Positions 10,274-21,017 of a DNA stretch of 64,000 nt are shown one piece after another. Within the stretch, counting starts at the first letter, position 1. Each line of letters opens with the position of its first letter. The position numbers were made by a program, and so were the translations under genes. The notes below the pieces were generated by a model. That model saw only the letters and a list, made by a program, of their open reading frames with translations, ran no database searches and had not been told where the DNA came from. Location: positions 792 to 64,791 of the forward strand of contig JBBTVD010000002.1 in assembly GCA_038063415.1 (NCBI GenBank), written 5' to 3'. The DNA comes from Patescibacteria group bacterium. Lineage in GTDB: Bacteria > Patescibacteriota > Microgenomatia > Levybacterales > UBA12049.

Positions 10274-11227
10274 ATGACACTCAGTATTATTATTCCTAAC
10301 TATAACGGAGCACGACTGCTCGAAAAAAATCTTCCTCATGTGCTTGCTGCTGTACAGGCGTATAATGCCGAAAAGACAGAAATAATTATCCCTGAAGATC
10401 CCTCAACAGATGATTCAGTAGCTGTTATTGCTAAGTTCATCAAAAGCTTAGACGGGAAAAAAATAATCGGAAAAACTATTGAAAATCGAAACAAAAAACT
10501 TGCAGGTTTTTCTCATAATGTAAATCGTGGGGTGAGTCTTTCGACAGGAGAGATTCTTGTTTTATTAAATTCTGATGTTCGACCATATAAAGATTTTTTA
10601 ACACCACTTCTTGAGCCATTTAAAGATCAAAATGTCTTTGCTTGTGGTTGTCTTGACGAAACAGAAGAAAATGGCAAAATGATGCAACGAGGAAGAGGTA
10701 TCGGCCGTTGGCATCAGGGATTTTTGGTTCACGCGGCAGGTTGTCTAGACAAGCAAAATACGTTATGGGCAAGTGGTGGCAGTAGTGCTTTCCGTAAATC
10801 ATTGTGGGATAAGTTGCATGGATTAGATACGATCTACGATCCCTTTTATTGGGAAGATATTGATCTTTCTTATCGTGCACTAAAATCAGGATACAAAATT
10901 TTTTTCGTCCCTGAAAGTAGAGTAAGACACGCGCATGATGAAGGTGTCGTAAAAAGCAATTTTAGTTCTTCATATGTCAAAAAAATAGCCTATCGTAACC
11001 AATGTATTTTTGTCTGGAAGGATATTACGCAGACAAATCTGCTCTTGTCAAATATATTTTGGTTAGTGTATCATAGTCTTAAGGCACTCTACCGAGGAGA
11101 TTGGCCTTTTTTTCAAGGCGTCGGTATGGCACTGATGCAGATACACACTATTTTACAGAAACGGGCTCGGGCAAAGAAACTGTTTATTAAATCAGACAAT
11201 GAAGTTTTAGCCAACTATAATCAATGA
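10274..11227 (+). CDS. GT2 glycosyltransferase
   Basis: IIPNYNG, NRG, LLNSD, YWEDIDL motifs. Confidence 0.85.
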   Translation: MTLSIIIPNYNGARLLEKNLPHVLAAVQAYNAEKTEIIIPEDPSTDDSVAVIAKFIKSLDGKKIIGKTIENRNKKLAGFSHNVNRGVSLSTGEILVLLNSDVRPYKDFLTPLLEPFKDQNVFACGCLDETEENGKMMQRGRGIGRWHQGFLVHAAGCLDKQNTLWASGGSSAFRKSLWDKLHGLDTIYDPFYWEDIDLSYRALKSGYKIFFVPESRVRHAHDEGVVKSNFSSSYVKKIAYRNQCIFVWKDITQTNLLLSNIFWLVYHSLKALYRGDWPFFQGVGMALMQIHTILQKRARAKKLFIKSDNEVLANYNQ

Positions 11228-11943
11228 AGTTATCAATTATCATCCCAGTTTATAATGAAGAAAAAACAATTAAACAAATAATCCTTCGGGTTGTCGCTGC
11301 CAAAATTCCTGATGTAGAAAAAGAAATTATCGTTGTTGATGATGGGTCAACTGATAACTCCATTAAAGAGATGGAATCGCTTCCAGCTGATATTAAAAAA
11401 CAAATCCATCTTATTTATCGTAAGAAAAATGGAGGTAAGGGAGCAGCTCTTCGATCTGGTTTTGAAAAGGCTACTGGTGACTATATCATCATTCAGGATG
11501 CTGATCTAGAATATGATCCGACCAATATTGCCCGTCTCGTAAAGCCTATTCTTGACGGGAAAGCGACCGTTGTCTATGGGACACGGCTTGATCGTTTGCC
11601 CAATCTTACCAAAGAGGAAAGTCATCCGTTATTCCTTCTGCATTATGTGGGAAATCGTTTCCTTAGTCTCATGACTAGTGCTTTGTATGGGTATTGGGTA
11701 ACGGATATGGAAACCTGTTACAAACTCTTTCCTAAAAAAGCGCTTGAGGGGATGACAATCCATGCACGAGGTTTTGAATTTGAGCCTGAGATTACCGCAA
11801 AACTTCTCAAAAGAGGCTATAAAATTTATGAAATGCCAATAACTACAACACCACGTGGCTATGAAGAAGGGAAGAAACTCAATACTGTCCGAGATGGAAG
11901 CAAAGCGGTCAAAGCTTTGTGGAAATATCGCTTCACCGAGTAG
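11224..11943 (+). CDS. GT2 polyprenol-phosphate glycosyltransferase (DPM-like)
   Basis: NGGKGAAL, QDADLEYDP, DMETCYK, FEFEPEITAK motifs. Confidence 0.9.
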   Translation: MKLSIIIPVYNEEKTIKQIILRVVAAKIPDVEKEIIVVDDGSTDNSIKEMESLPADIKKQIHLIYRKKNGGKGAALRSGFEKATGDYIIIQDADLEYDPTNIARLVKPILDGKATVVYGTRLDRLPNLTKEESHPLFLLHYVGNRFLSLMTSALYGYWVTDMETCYKLFPKKALEGMTIHARGFEFEPEITAKLLKRGYKIYEMPITTTPRGYEEGKKLNTVRDGSKAVKALWKYRFTE

Positions 11944-12013
11944 CCTATCCTTTTCTGTCATCCTCTGGAGATACCATTGATTTACTTGACAAAAACGCTA
12001 TGATAGAAGAGCG

Positions 12014-13525
12014 ATGAAAAAAAGTATCTCCATTTCAAACCTTCGCAAACAGTGGTTTCTTTTTGCAGTAATCTCGATCATCCTTCTTGCTACCGTCTTA
12101 CGATTCGCCAATTATTCGGAGCGTTTTGGACTGGCATATGATCAAGCCCACGATGCCCTCATTGCTCACTATGCTGTCACCTCGTACCAACTTCCCTTAC
12201 TCGGACCCTTCTCTTCTGCTGGGCCTTTTCAGACCGGGGGAGAGTGGTATTGGCTTATTATGTCGGGGACGGTACTTGCTCCACAATTTCTTTTGAGTCC
12301 ATGGATATTTATCACCTCACTCTCTGTGCTTTTTGTCTATCTGATGATTCTAGTTGGTAAAGAAATTGCTGGAAAGCAGTTTGCCATTCTTGCTGGGTTT
12401 CTTGCTGCTGTTTCTCCGGGACAAATCAATCAAAGCACCAATCTTACCAATCAATCGCCACAGTCGCTTTTTGCCGTCCTTGCCATTTGGTTTGCGTTAC
12501 TCTTTTTACACCAATATAAACTTCGTTATGCCTTCCTTTTGGGACTTACCATTGGTATTGCGTCAAGTATTCATCTTTCTGGAGTTGCTTTGGGGTCATT
12601 GGCTGTGGGATTACTTTGTATCTTCCTTTTTGTTGAGAAGAAGATTCCCTATCGTGCAGCGCTTCTTGTCATCTTGGGGGTTGTTCTTCCTTGGATTCCC
12701 GTACTTTTGGTTGACCTTCAGCACCATTTCTTTAATTTCGGTAATATGATTCAGTACTACCTGCATGATCAACACAACATCTCTCTTGATGTGTTGGGGA
12801 GAAGGTGGCTAACGTATCTTGGTGTCTTTTGGCCAACAGAATGGGCATTTATCATTGGTGGATTTCCCTGGGTAGGTTATCTTATTGGGGTATCTTTTCT
12901 TTCTTTTATTTTTCTTAGAAAATTCGTAAAAAAAGAAATTGTTATTTTACTCATAAGTCTTGCTATTATGATTGGTTTACTTCGATATACCCATACTCCC
13001 ATTTTTACTAGTTATCTTGTCTTCACACACCCATTTGTCTTACTTATTACTGCATGGATTATCTTTATGCTTTGGCGTAAGCAAGTCTTCGTTGGAGCTG
13101 CATTTTTTGCTCTTCTTGTTGCTAGCTCACTTTGGCAGGATTATCAGATTATCAGTACTGCACAAAACCAAACCGCTCATACTGTCGAAAAACAAATCCA
13201 AGCACTTGAAGCGAGGTATCCCAACAAAAAGTTTGCTGTGTATACCTACCAGGGGAAATGGAATGACAAAAACTATTCTTTAGCTTTATTTCTCGTTAAA
13301 AGAGGTCTGCTTGACGACAATGGTATAAAAGTAAGCACTGTCATTGCCACGCAAGTACCCGAACTCAAAAAATATGTTTTCTTTGGTCCAGAGGGAGATT
13401 TTCAATTAGTTGCGGTACCGAAGCTATCAGCAAAAGAGTTTGAGCAAAAACAATGGAAGCAGATTAGTGACAAGCAAATCTATAAAGAAACAGAAGAGTG
13501 GTTTTATCATAAAGACCAACCCTAG
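12014..13525 (+). CDS. GT-C fold glycosyltransferase (PMT_2/ArnT-like)
   Basis: LRF, then YDQAHD loop, PLLGP; many TM segments; soluble C-terminus. Confidence 0.75.
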   Translation: MKKSISISNLRKQWFLFAVISIILLATVLRFANYSERFGLAYDQAHDALIAHYAVTSYQLPLLGPFSSAGPFQTGGEWYWLIMSGTVLAPQFLLSPWIFITSLSVLFVYLMILVGKEIAGKQFAILAGFLAAVSPGQINQSTNLTNQSPQSLFAVLAIWFALLFLHQYKLRYAFLLGLTIGIASSIHLSGVALGSLAVGLLCIFLFVEKKIPYRAALLVILGVVLPWIPVLLVDLQHHFFNFGNMIQYYLHDQHNISLDVLGRRWLTYLGVFWPTEWAFIIGGFPWVGYLIGVSFLSFIFLRKFVKKEIVILLISLAIMIGLLRYTHTPIFTSYLVFTHPFVLLITAWIIFMLWRKQVFVGAAFFALLVASSLWQDYQIISTAQNQTAHTVEKQIQALEARYPNKKFAVYTYQGKWNDKNYSLALFLVKRGLLDDNGIKVSTVIATQVPELKKYVFFGPEGDFQLVAVPKLSAKEFEQKQWKQISDKQIYKETEEWFYHKDQP

Positions 13526-13548
13526 AAGTTGCATGAAGTAAAATTGTC

Positions 13549-13611
13549 CGTCATGCTGGCTCGTCCAGCATCGGTTTTGATTCTGGGTGCGCTGTGCTTA
13601 CCAGAATGACG
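13549..13611. repeat. Inverted pair of GTCAT-type REP-like hairpins
   Basis: GTCATGCTGG-ctcgt-CCAGCATC and GATTCTGG...CCAGAATGAC between two GT-C genes. Confidence 0.65.
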
Positions 13612-13623
13612 AAAGTACGTATC

Positions 13624-15276
13624 GTGAAAATAACCAAGCAAACAACTATTCTAATCATTATTTTACTCACTGCTGCTTTTCTTCGCTTTTATCAGTTGGG
13701 CAGTAATCCTCCATCGTTGACATGGGATGAGGTTGCGTGGGGATACAATGCGTATTCATTAGGACTTGACGGCAAAGATGAATTTGGCAAGTTTTTGCCC
13801 TATACTCACATAGAATCATTTGGTGATTTTAAGCCTCCACTGTATGCTTATTTGAGTATGTTGCCAGTAAAATTATTTGGTATGACAGAATTTGCGACCC
13901 GTTTTATCTCAGCGTTATTTGGGACATTGACAGTGCTGATAACCTATTTCTTAACAAAAGAATTGTTTAGAAATAAGACTGAAGACGTAAGATATACGTC
14001 ATATATCCCACTTGTAGCATCATTCTTAATGGCCATCATGCCGTGGCATGTTATGCTTTCTCGAGCGGCATTTGAAGCAAATCTTGCGACGTTTTTAATC
14101 GTTACAGGCGTCTGGCTCTTTCTCCTTGGGATACATCGTTACTCCTGGTTTCTTATCCTCTCGATTCTTTCTTTCTCACTTTCGTTGTATACGTTTAATA
14201 GTGCCAGAATCGTTACCCCGTTATTGCTCCTTGTTCTTGCAATCACCTTTTGGAAAAAACTTTTTGCCAAAAAAGCGATGGTAGCAGTCACCGTTGTTCT
14301 CGGGCTTGCGATTGTTTTGCCCCTCGTGCCATCACTCTTGTCTCCACAAGCAAAAGTACGATTTGATGAAGTGAACATTTTCTCAGATTTGGATATTATT
14401 GAGACAAGTAACCAAGAGATAGCCAATGACGATGGTGCCTGGTGGTCGAGTATCTTACATAATCGTCGAGTAGCTTATGGAGTAGAATTTCTTGATCATT
14501 ACTTTGATAATCTTTCTCCACAATTTCTTTTTATCTCAGGAGACGGGAACGCGAAGTTTTCTATACAAAGCATGGGACAGCTTTATCTCTGGCAACTACC
14601 ATTCCTTTTGATCGGTCTTTTCTTACTCGTTCGAAAAAAAGATGGCCTTTGGTGGTTTATTCCTCTGTGGATTCTTATTGCAATTATTCCGGCAGGGATA
14701 GCTCGTGAGACGCCTCATGCACTTCGTATCGAAGCGGCAGTTGTTCCTTTTAGTATTATTATTGCTTATGGTATCGTACAGAGTGTTCTTCTCCTTAAAG
14801 GAAGCATGTTTAAAATTCCATTACGTGGACTTCTTCTCGGCAGTATCAGCGTGAGCGCTCTTTTTGCCTTGGTATTTTTTGTTACTGATTTACTAGTCTA
14901 TTATCCCAAGCAATTTTCCCATGAATGGCAATATGGCTATAAAGAAGCTGTTGGCTATCTCTCTCAAGTTGAAGATGAGTATGATATGATTGCCTTTTCC
15001 CAAGTGCTCGGTAGACCCTATATCTATATGCTTTTTTATACCCAGTATCCGCCACAAGAGTTTCGTGATAAAGCAGATATCTCTCGAGATATTTTTGGTT
15101 TTGTAACAATTAAATCGATAGGGAAGTATTATTCGGGTAAAGAGCTCTTGCCGGCAACAGAAGGGAAACGGGTACTGTATTTTGATAAGGAAAAGGACAT
15201 GCCACCTGGCGCAAAAATACAAAAGAAGTTCTATCGGTTAGATGGCAAGGTGGCACTGGTGGCTTTTACCTTATAA
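13624..15276 (+). CDS. GT-C fold glycosyltransferase (GT39/PMT_2-like)
   Basis: WDEVAWGYNAYS..DEFG, FGDFKPPLY, PWH..SR..FE, PHALR, WQYGYKE; start moved to GTG 13624 because the track start lies inside the REP pair. Confidence 0.85.
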   Translation: MKITKQTTILIIILLTAAFLRFYQLGSNPPSLTWDEVAWGYNAYSLGLDGKDEFGKFLPYTHIESFGDFKPPLYAYLSMLPVKLFGMTEFATRFISALFGTLTVLITYFLTKELFRNKTEDVRYTSYIPLVASFLMAIMPWHVMLSRAAFEANLATFLIVTGVWLFLLGIHRYSWFLILSILSFSLSLYTFNSARIVTPLLLLVLAITFWKKLFAKKAMVAVTVVLGLAIVLPLVPSLLSPQAKVRFDEVNIFSDLDIIETSNQEIANDDGAWWSSILHNRRVAYGVEFLDHYFDNLSPQFLFISGDGNAKFSIQSMGQLYLWQLPFLLIGLFLLVRKKDGLWWFIPLWILIAIIPAGIARETPHALRIEAAVVPFSIIIAYGIVQSVLLLKGSMFKIPLRGLLLGSISVSALFALVFFVTDLLVYYPKQFSHEWQYGYKEAVGYLSQVEDEYDMIAFSQVLGRPYIYMLFYTQYPPQEFRDKADISRDIFGFVTIKSIGKYYSGKELLPATEGKRVLYFDKEKDMPPGAKIQKKFYRLDGKVALVAFTL

Positions 15277-15305
15277 AATAAAACATAAAAAAGTAAAAAT
15301 ATACA

Positions 15306-16991
15306 ATGAAAAAGAATACAATAGTTTTGCTAATCATAATCATCTTTGCTGCTGCCTTACGGCTGTGGCAGTTGGGGACGGTGCCACTTTCCCCTGATTG
15401 GGATGAAGCAGCACTTGGTTATAATGCGTACTCGATCATGCAAACGGGCAAGGATGAGTACAGCGACACTCTTCCAATTGTCTTACAATCGTTTGGTGAT
15501 TATAAGCCAGCGCTCTACGTTTATTTTGCTCTGCCTTTTATTGCCCTTTTTGGTCTTGATGTTTTTGCTGTACGACTACCGTCCGCTCTTTTTGGCATTT
15601 TGACGGTACTTGCGACGTATTTTCTGGTCAAAGAGCTCTTTGGACACAAGACTAACGATGAAGAACGTAAGAAGACAACTCCTTCTTCATATAGTTCTTA
15701 TCTTCCACTTCTAACGACATTTTTGCTTGCCATTTCTCCTTGGCATATGCAATTCTCTCGTGTTGCCTTTGAGGCAAATATGGCACTAAGCTTTATTGTT
15801 TTTGGTGTACTATTTTTTCTCAAAGGCTTATACAAGCCGTGGCTGTTGGTGCTTTCTATTATTTCTTTTGGAGCTAGTTTATATACCTATCAAAGTGAGA
15901 AGGTTTTTGTACCACTTTTGGCGATTACACTCGTTCTTATTTATAGGAAGCAGGTCTTTTCATTACCCAAAAAAGTGTTGATTCGTTCAAGTATTGTTGT
16001 CCTTCTTGTTTGCTTGCCTATGCTGTATTCATTTGTTACCGACGCCAATTATCTTGCACGAGCGCGCGGGGTGAGTCTGCTTTCCACGCAAGATGCAGTG
16101 CTTAAACAAGATGAAGATAAATTGCTTAAGGCCAAAGAACAGGGAGATATTATGGGTCAAATCATCTATAACAGACGGATAACCTATGGGAAAGAAATAG
16201 TAAGTGGTTACCTTGCTCATTTCGATCTTAATTGGCTCTTTATTCATGGTGATATTGCCAGGCATCATGCTCCGGGTATGGGATTACTCTACTTATGGGA
16301 GTTACCTTTTCTTTTGATTGGTATCTACCTCCTGTTCTGTATGCCTTTTTCTCGGCAAACAAAATTACTTATCTTTCTGTGGTTTGCTATTGCTCCGATA
16401 CCGGCATCCATTACCAACGGTGTGCCACATGCAGTAAGGACGCTTAATTTCCTTCCGATATTTCAGATTTTTACGGCAATTGGACTGGTAGGTGCGTTTG
16501 CATGGTTCGTTTCCAAATATAAAATGCAAAACCTAAAACCTAAAAAAATAGTGATCGCTTATTCTTTTTATCTTTTACTTTTTATCCTTGTGTTAGTTAA
16601 TGTTGCTTATTATCTCAATCAATATTTTGTGCAACAGGATTATTTTAATTCGCAAGAATGGCAATATGGGTATAAAGAAGCTGTATCAGAAGTCATAAAA
16701 AGAGAAGGTTCCCACGATAAGGTAGTTGTTGCAAATACTGGTATTCTTGACCAATCGTATATCTTTTTTCTCTTCTATCTTCAGTATCCACCAGCAGACT
16801 ATCAAAAAGAGCGTAGTGGTGAGCATAACTTTGAGAAGTACGAATTTAGGAAGATAGATTGGTCTAAAGAACAAAAGGATGGCAAAACACTGTATGTGGG
16901 GCAAAAGGATGATTTTTCTGATGCAACTACTCCTTTGCATCAAGTTACCTTCCTCAATGGAGAATCGGGGATACTTATTGTTGATCGGTAA
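15306..16991 (+). CDS. GT-C fold glycosyltransferase (GT39/PMT_2-like), tandem paralog of the previous gene
   Basis: WDEAALGYNAYS..DEY, FGDYKPALY, SPWH.QFSR, PHAVR, EWQYGYKEAV. Confidence 0.85.
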   Translation: MKKNTIVLLIIIIFAAALRLWQLGTVPLSPDWDEAALGYNAYSIMQTGKDEYSDTLPIVLQSFGDYKPALYVYFALPFIALFGLDVFAVRLPSALFGILTVLATYFLVKELFGHKTNDEERKKTTPSSYSSYLPLLTTFLLAISPWHMQFSRVAFEANMALSFIVFGVLFFLKGLYKPWLLVLSIISFGASLYTYQSEKVFVPLLAITLVLIYRKQVFSLPKKVLIRSSIVVLLVCLPMLYSFVTDANYLARARGVSLLSTQDAVLKQDEDKLLKAKEQGDIMGQIIYNRRITYGKEIVSGYLAHFDLNWLFIHGDIARHHAPGMGLLYLWELPFLLIGIYLLFCMPFSRQTKLLIFLWFAIAPIPASITNGVPHAVRTLNFLPIFQIFTAIGLVGAFAWFVSKYKMQNLKPKKIVIAYSFYLLLFILVLVNVAYYLNQYFVQQDYFNSQEWQYGYKEAVSEVIKREGSHDKVVVANTGILDQSYIFFLFYLQYPPADYQKERSGEHNFEKYEFRKIDWSKEQKDGKTLYVGQKDDFSDATTPLHQVTFLNGESGILIVDR

Positions 16992-18468
16992 TAAGCCTCT
17001 TCCTCTGCTGTATTTCAATTCCACCAATGGTTTGTTTTCGGACTGGTGTTGTTACCTTATGATAAGTTGCCAACCATTGGATAAAGATCTTCCCTTCAGC
17101 ACCTGGTTCGATAATCATAAAAACAGTCTCTTTTTCTCCTGGTGTCGCATTGTTGGCATATTGCTTTGGATACTTTTGCTTACCATACCAGTCATATAAA
17201 TATTGCCAAGCATGTTGATGGAAATTGGGGATGTTATACGACTCTATCGTAAATCCATTGCCACCATGAGAAAAGACATAATCAAGTGTTGCCAGCTGGT
17301 CCTTATACATATAGTTTTGTTGTACTGCATGGTAAAACACATGCGAGTTATTGGGGAGACTTTTGTTTGTGTAGGAAATATTCCCTACAACGATGAGACA
17401 ATAAGCAAGCACAACGCCATACTTGGTCAGTGATTTCTCTGTATTACTGACGAGAAAGTTAAAGCCAACGATCCAGCCGATCGCTGTTCCTGCATAGAAA
17501 TGCTCAAGCGATCCATATTTGAGAAGAAAAATATAAGGGAAACTAAAGAAGATCATAAGGAGAATCAACTTAAATTCAATGCTCATTTTTTTTGTTTTTT
17601 TCTTAAAATAAAACATGAGCATTGCGGTAATAAAAAGGAAGAGTAGCATCCCGTTTGAGGGGAAGAGGGTCGCTACCATATTGAGGGTTAGCCCATCAAT
17701 ATACGTGTAGATAACCTTGAGTGGATCAACTGAGAGGGATTGGGAAGTAAGATAGTGCAGTACCGCATTGGTCAGGAGGAATTGATGTCGGGCATCAAAG
17801 AGAATGAAGTTGGCATTTATAATAATGGCCAGGCCAAGTCCAAAAAGAAAATACCGATTTTTTATAGGGAGTGAAAAGATTTTGATCGCGATGATGATAG
17901 TAATAAAAGCATAGAGGAGATGCAGCAGTTCAAACTGAGAAAGTAGTCCTCCAAAGATACCAATCGCAAGCCAGTATTTGGGATTTTTTGTTTTGACTAG
18001 CTTAATTAATGAGAAAAAGAACAAGGCAACAAGGGGGATACTAAATGATACATTTGAGAGCCAACGACCATAGACAATCACATCAAATGATACTGCTGTC
18101 ATGAGTGCTGCAAGAAGAGCATATTTTGTCTTGCCGATAAGTTCCTTTGCCAAAAAGAAGACGATAATAGCGGTGAGTGCATTAATAACAGTAAAGGCAG
18201 CAATAACACTTGCAGGATTTCCTTGGGCAAAGAAATAAATTGCAGCCAGTATATAATAGTAGCCTGCTCCATGAAATAAGCCATCAATATCTGTCTTTGG
18301 GCCAATAAGGGTAAATTTATCAAGGGCAATAATATCCTTTACTACCAAGGCATCTCTCCCTTGCTCATAGCCAAAGAGCATATTCCCAGGAAGATAGAGG
18401 TTTCTCAGATAGATGCCGAGAAAAAGGATCATTGCAAGTGCTGCGAGGAGGAGAATCTTCTTTTTCAT
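16975..18468 (-). CDS. GT-C fold glycosyltransferase (PMT_2/ArnT-like)
   Basis: FGYEQGRD, TLIGP, FHGAGYYY; many TM segments. Confidence 0.75.
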   Translation of the reverse strand: MKKKILLLAALAMILFLGIYLRNLYLPGNMLFGYEQGRDALVVKDIIALDKFTLIGPKTDIDGLFHGAGYYYILAAIYFFAQGNPASVIAAFTVINALTAIIVFFLAKELIGKTKYALLAALMTAVSFDVIVYGRWLSNVSFSIPLVALFFFSLIKLVKTKNPKYWLAIGIFGGLLSQFELLHLLYAFITIIIAIKIFSLPIKNRYFLFGLGLAIIINANFILFDARHQFLLTNAVLHYLTSQSLSVDPLKVIYTYIDGLTLNMVATLFPSNGMLLFLFITAMLMFYFKKKTKKMSIEFKLILLMIFFSFPYIFLLKYGSLEHFYAGTAIGWIVGFNFLVSNTEKSLTKYGVVLAYCLIVVGNISYTNKSLPNNSHVFYHAVQQNYMYKDQLATLDYVFSHGGNGFTIESYNIPNFHQHAWQYLYDWYGKQKYPKQYANNATPGEKETVFMIIEPGAEGKIFIQWLATYHKVTTPVRKQTIGGIEIQQRKRLITDQQ

Positions 18469-18529
18469 AGCTTATCTATAACTTATGTATGATATCGTTT
18501 TATATTTGTAATTACAAGAATGAATTATG

Positions 18530-19525
18530 CTAATAAACAATCGTATACATGCGTGCGGTATCTATTTCTTGTATAAGTTGTATTTTCCCTGCTTTCTCCA
18601 TATTGGTTAATGCGCTTCGAATATTTTGTGGACTTTCGAGCAGTTGTGTCACCCATTGTCGATCATCAACAGTAATAATAAGGTATTGAGGTTTTCCAGA
18701 GAAGTCAAGCCACCAACAGGTATTTTCCCCGCATTTTTCTTGTGCTTCTTTCCCCGATTTTTGTCTGGGCCAGAGGAGATAAATTTCTTTTCTATGCGTT
18801 AAGTGAGGAACGAGATTTTGCGTAGTGGCGATACTGGCATCAGTCGGAATTTCTTTGAAGAGTGAATCAGTATCTTCCATCCATGAAGCCCTCTGCCAGT
18901 ATCCTTGTTTGACAAGTTTGTTTAACGGGAAATGAAAGACATATTGCAAAACAATTGCCGTAAGGACAAGTACCCCTACCGGAAACAGTAAATCAATTTT
19001 CTTTTTTCTCAAAAAGACAAGGGCATCAAGCGTCCCCAGACTTAAAAAGACTGCCAGGATAGCACGATGATGAAGATATGGTGTGAGCATGTGACCGAAT
19101 TCGCTTGCTGCAGCAAAGTATTGGGAGAGGTCAAGAGTCACGGCAAAGATACTTCCAGGGGAAAGAAGCGGCAAAAAAGCAAAACTACTAAATGAGTAAA
19201 GCCAAACAAGACGTTTCTCATGCGTATCAAAAAATTGCGTTGCGATAGACAAAGGATCATGAGCAACTTTTGGTTGATATTGGTAGCCTACAGGAGAAAG
19301 CAAGCTGACAATGCCAACCATAATAAGACTTGCCACAATGCCGCCAAGAATAAAGAGTAATGCCTTTTTTCGGTATTGCTTCTGAAAGAAATAGATACAA
19401 CCAAGTGATGCCAACGCAATTCCCATATTTTCCTGGGTTAACAGCATGACAGCAAGCGTTCCCCAGAAGAGTTTTCTCTTTCTGGCTTCAAAAAAATACG
19501 CAAGCCAGGCGAGGAGTCCAACGTC
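18530..19525 (-). pseudogene. 5'-truncated DUF2079-like membrane protein
   Basis: Coherent hydrophobic protein from VGLLAWLAYFF to the end (QEN, HH, IPTDASIATTQNLVPHLTHR); upstream of ~19525 the frame runs antisense to a YD-repeat sequence. Confidence 0.65.
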
Positions 19526-19528
19526 AGA

Positions 19529-21016
19529 GATCCAAAGGGTGAAGTCAGAACCACCGCGTATGATCATTGGAAAGAAACTACCATTGATGAAAATGGCCAT
19601 ATCAAAAGAGAGTATAAAAACGCCTATGACAAAATAACCAAGGTTGAAGAGGTAAATGGGGTCGAGACATATACCACGACGTATATCTACGATTCCCATG
19701 ATGCGCTCACCAAAATTACTGATGCAGCAAATAACGATAATGTGCTTACCTATGACACGCTTGGAAGACGAATATCTCAGGCAGATCCAGATATGGGAAC
19801 ATGGCAGTACAGTTATGATGCTGTTGGAAATCTTACGCAAAAAACAGATAACCGTAACATCATGACAAGCTATCTCTATGATGAGCTTGATCGCAAAACA
19901 AAAATCGATTATCCCAATGATGTTGATACGGTCTATGCCTATGATGGGAATGGCAAAGTTGGGACCCTCACCTCAATTGTCGATACAGCTGGAATCTTGA
20001 ACTATACCTATGACAACAGATTACGCAAAATAGCAGAATCCCGAAGTATTGATGGAACTACCTGGACAACTCAATTTACTTATGATGCGGTAGATAGAGT
20101 TGTTAGCAAAACCAATCCTGATAGTGAAGTTTCTACCTATACACATAATGCTCAAGGAGAGGTTAACAGCGTCAGCGGTATTCTGAGTGATATTGATTAC
20201 AACGCGCAAAATAAAATAACCAAAAAAATATTTGTCAACGGATTGACGACAAATTATACGTACAATACGACTGATTTTCGATTGAGCAATAGTAAGACTG
20301 GGACGTTGCAAGATATGAGTTATACCTATGATAGCATCGGCAATGTAACAAACGTTATTGACAATCTCCTGAGTAAGACCCAGACGTTTGATTATGATGA
20401 CTTGGATCGATTAGTTACTGCATCAGAAAGTGCTGGATACATACATGAGTATACCTACAATGCTATTGGCAATTTGACTAAGTTTGTCAAAGATGGGACA
20501 ACTATTGATTATACCTATGGACAAAATGCAGGAGTTCATGCCGTAACTTCCTCGACAGAAAACCTACAAACGCCTACACCAACACCAGTAATAACAGCAA
20601 CTCCGACACCAACACAGGCACCATCTGAAATAGAACTCCTCACAAATACCTGGACATTGGCAGGAAACGATGGGTCTGATGAGGAAGACAAACAAATTCC
20701 TGCTGATTCCCTTGTCGGTAAAACGTCAGTACAAGTCACGTTTAATCTTCACGGGACATCCTTTGGTGGGGGAAATGATGAAGCTTCAGTTGTTTTTGTC
20801 CAGAACGGAGACTGGCGTGCAGCAAATGTCATCGTTGCTGGTGGTCAAAATGGGTTAAATGGATCGCAAACGGTGACGATTCCGATGAGTAGTTTCCATA
20901 AAGTAGGGGATACAAGCATACTGCTTGATCCAAATCAAAATGTATCAAATCTCCATGCCCGTTTCTGGAATAGTGGAAGTTTTTCGGTAGATATTACGAG
21001 TGTGAAGGTACAGTAG
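19529..21016 (+). pseudogene. Internal fragment of an Rhs/YD-repeat protein with PT linker and beta-sandwich insert
   Basis: Frame of ORF 19742 is open upstream to ~19529 (DPKGEVRTTAYDHW..DENGH..YDSHDAL); repeated YD-x-x-G motifs; PTPTP linker; no natural start. Confidence 0.8.
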
Positions 21017-21017
21017 G

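Noticed and set aside
19526-19840. N-terminal ~105 aa of track ORF 18530..19840
   Set aside because: It is the antisense reading of YD repeats, not part of the membrane protein
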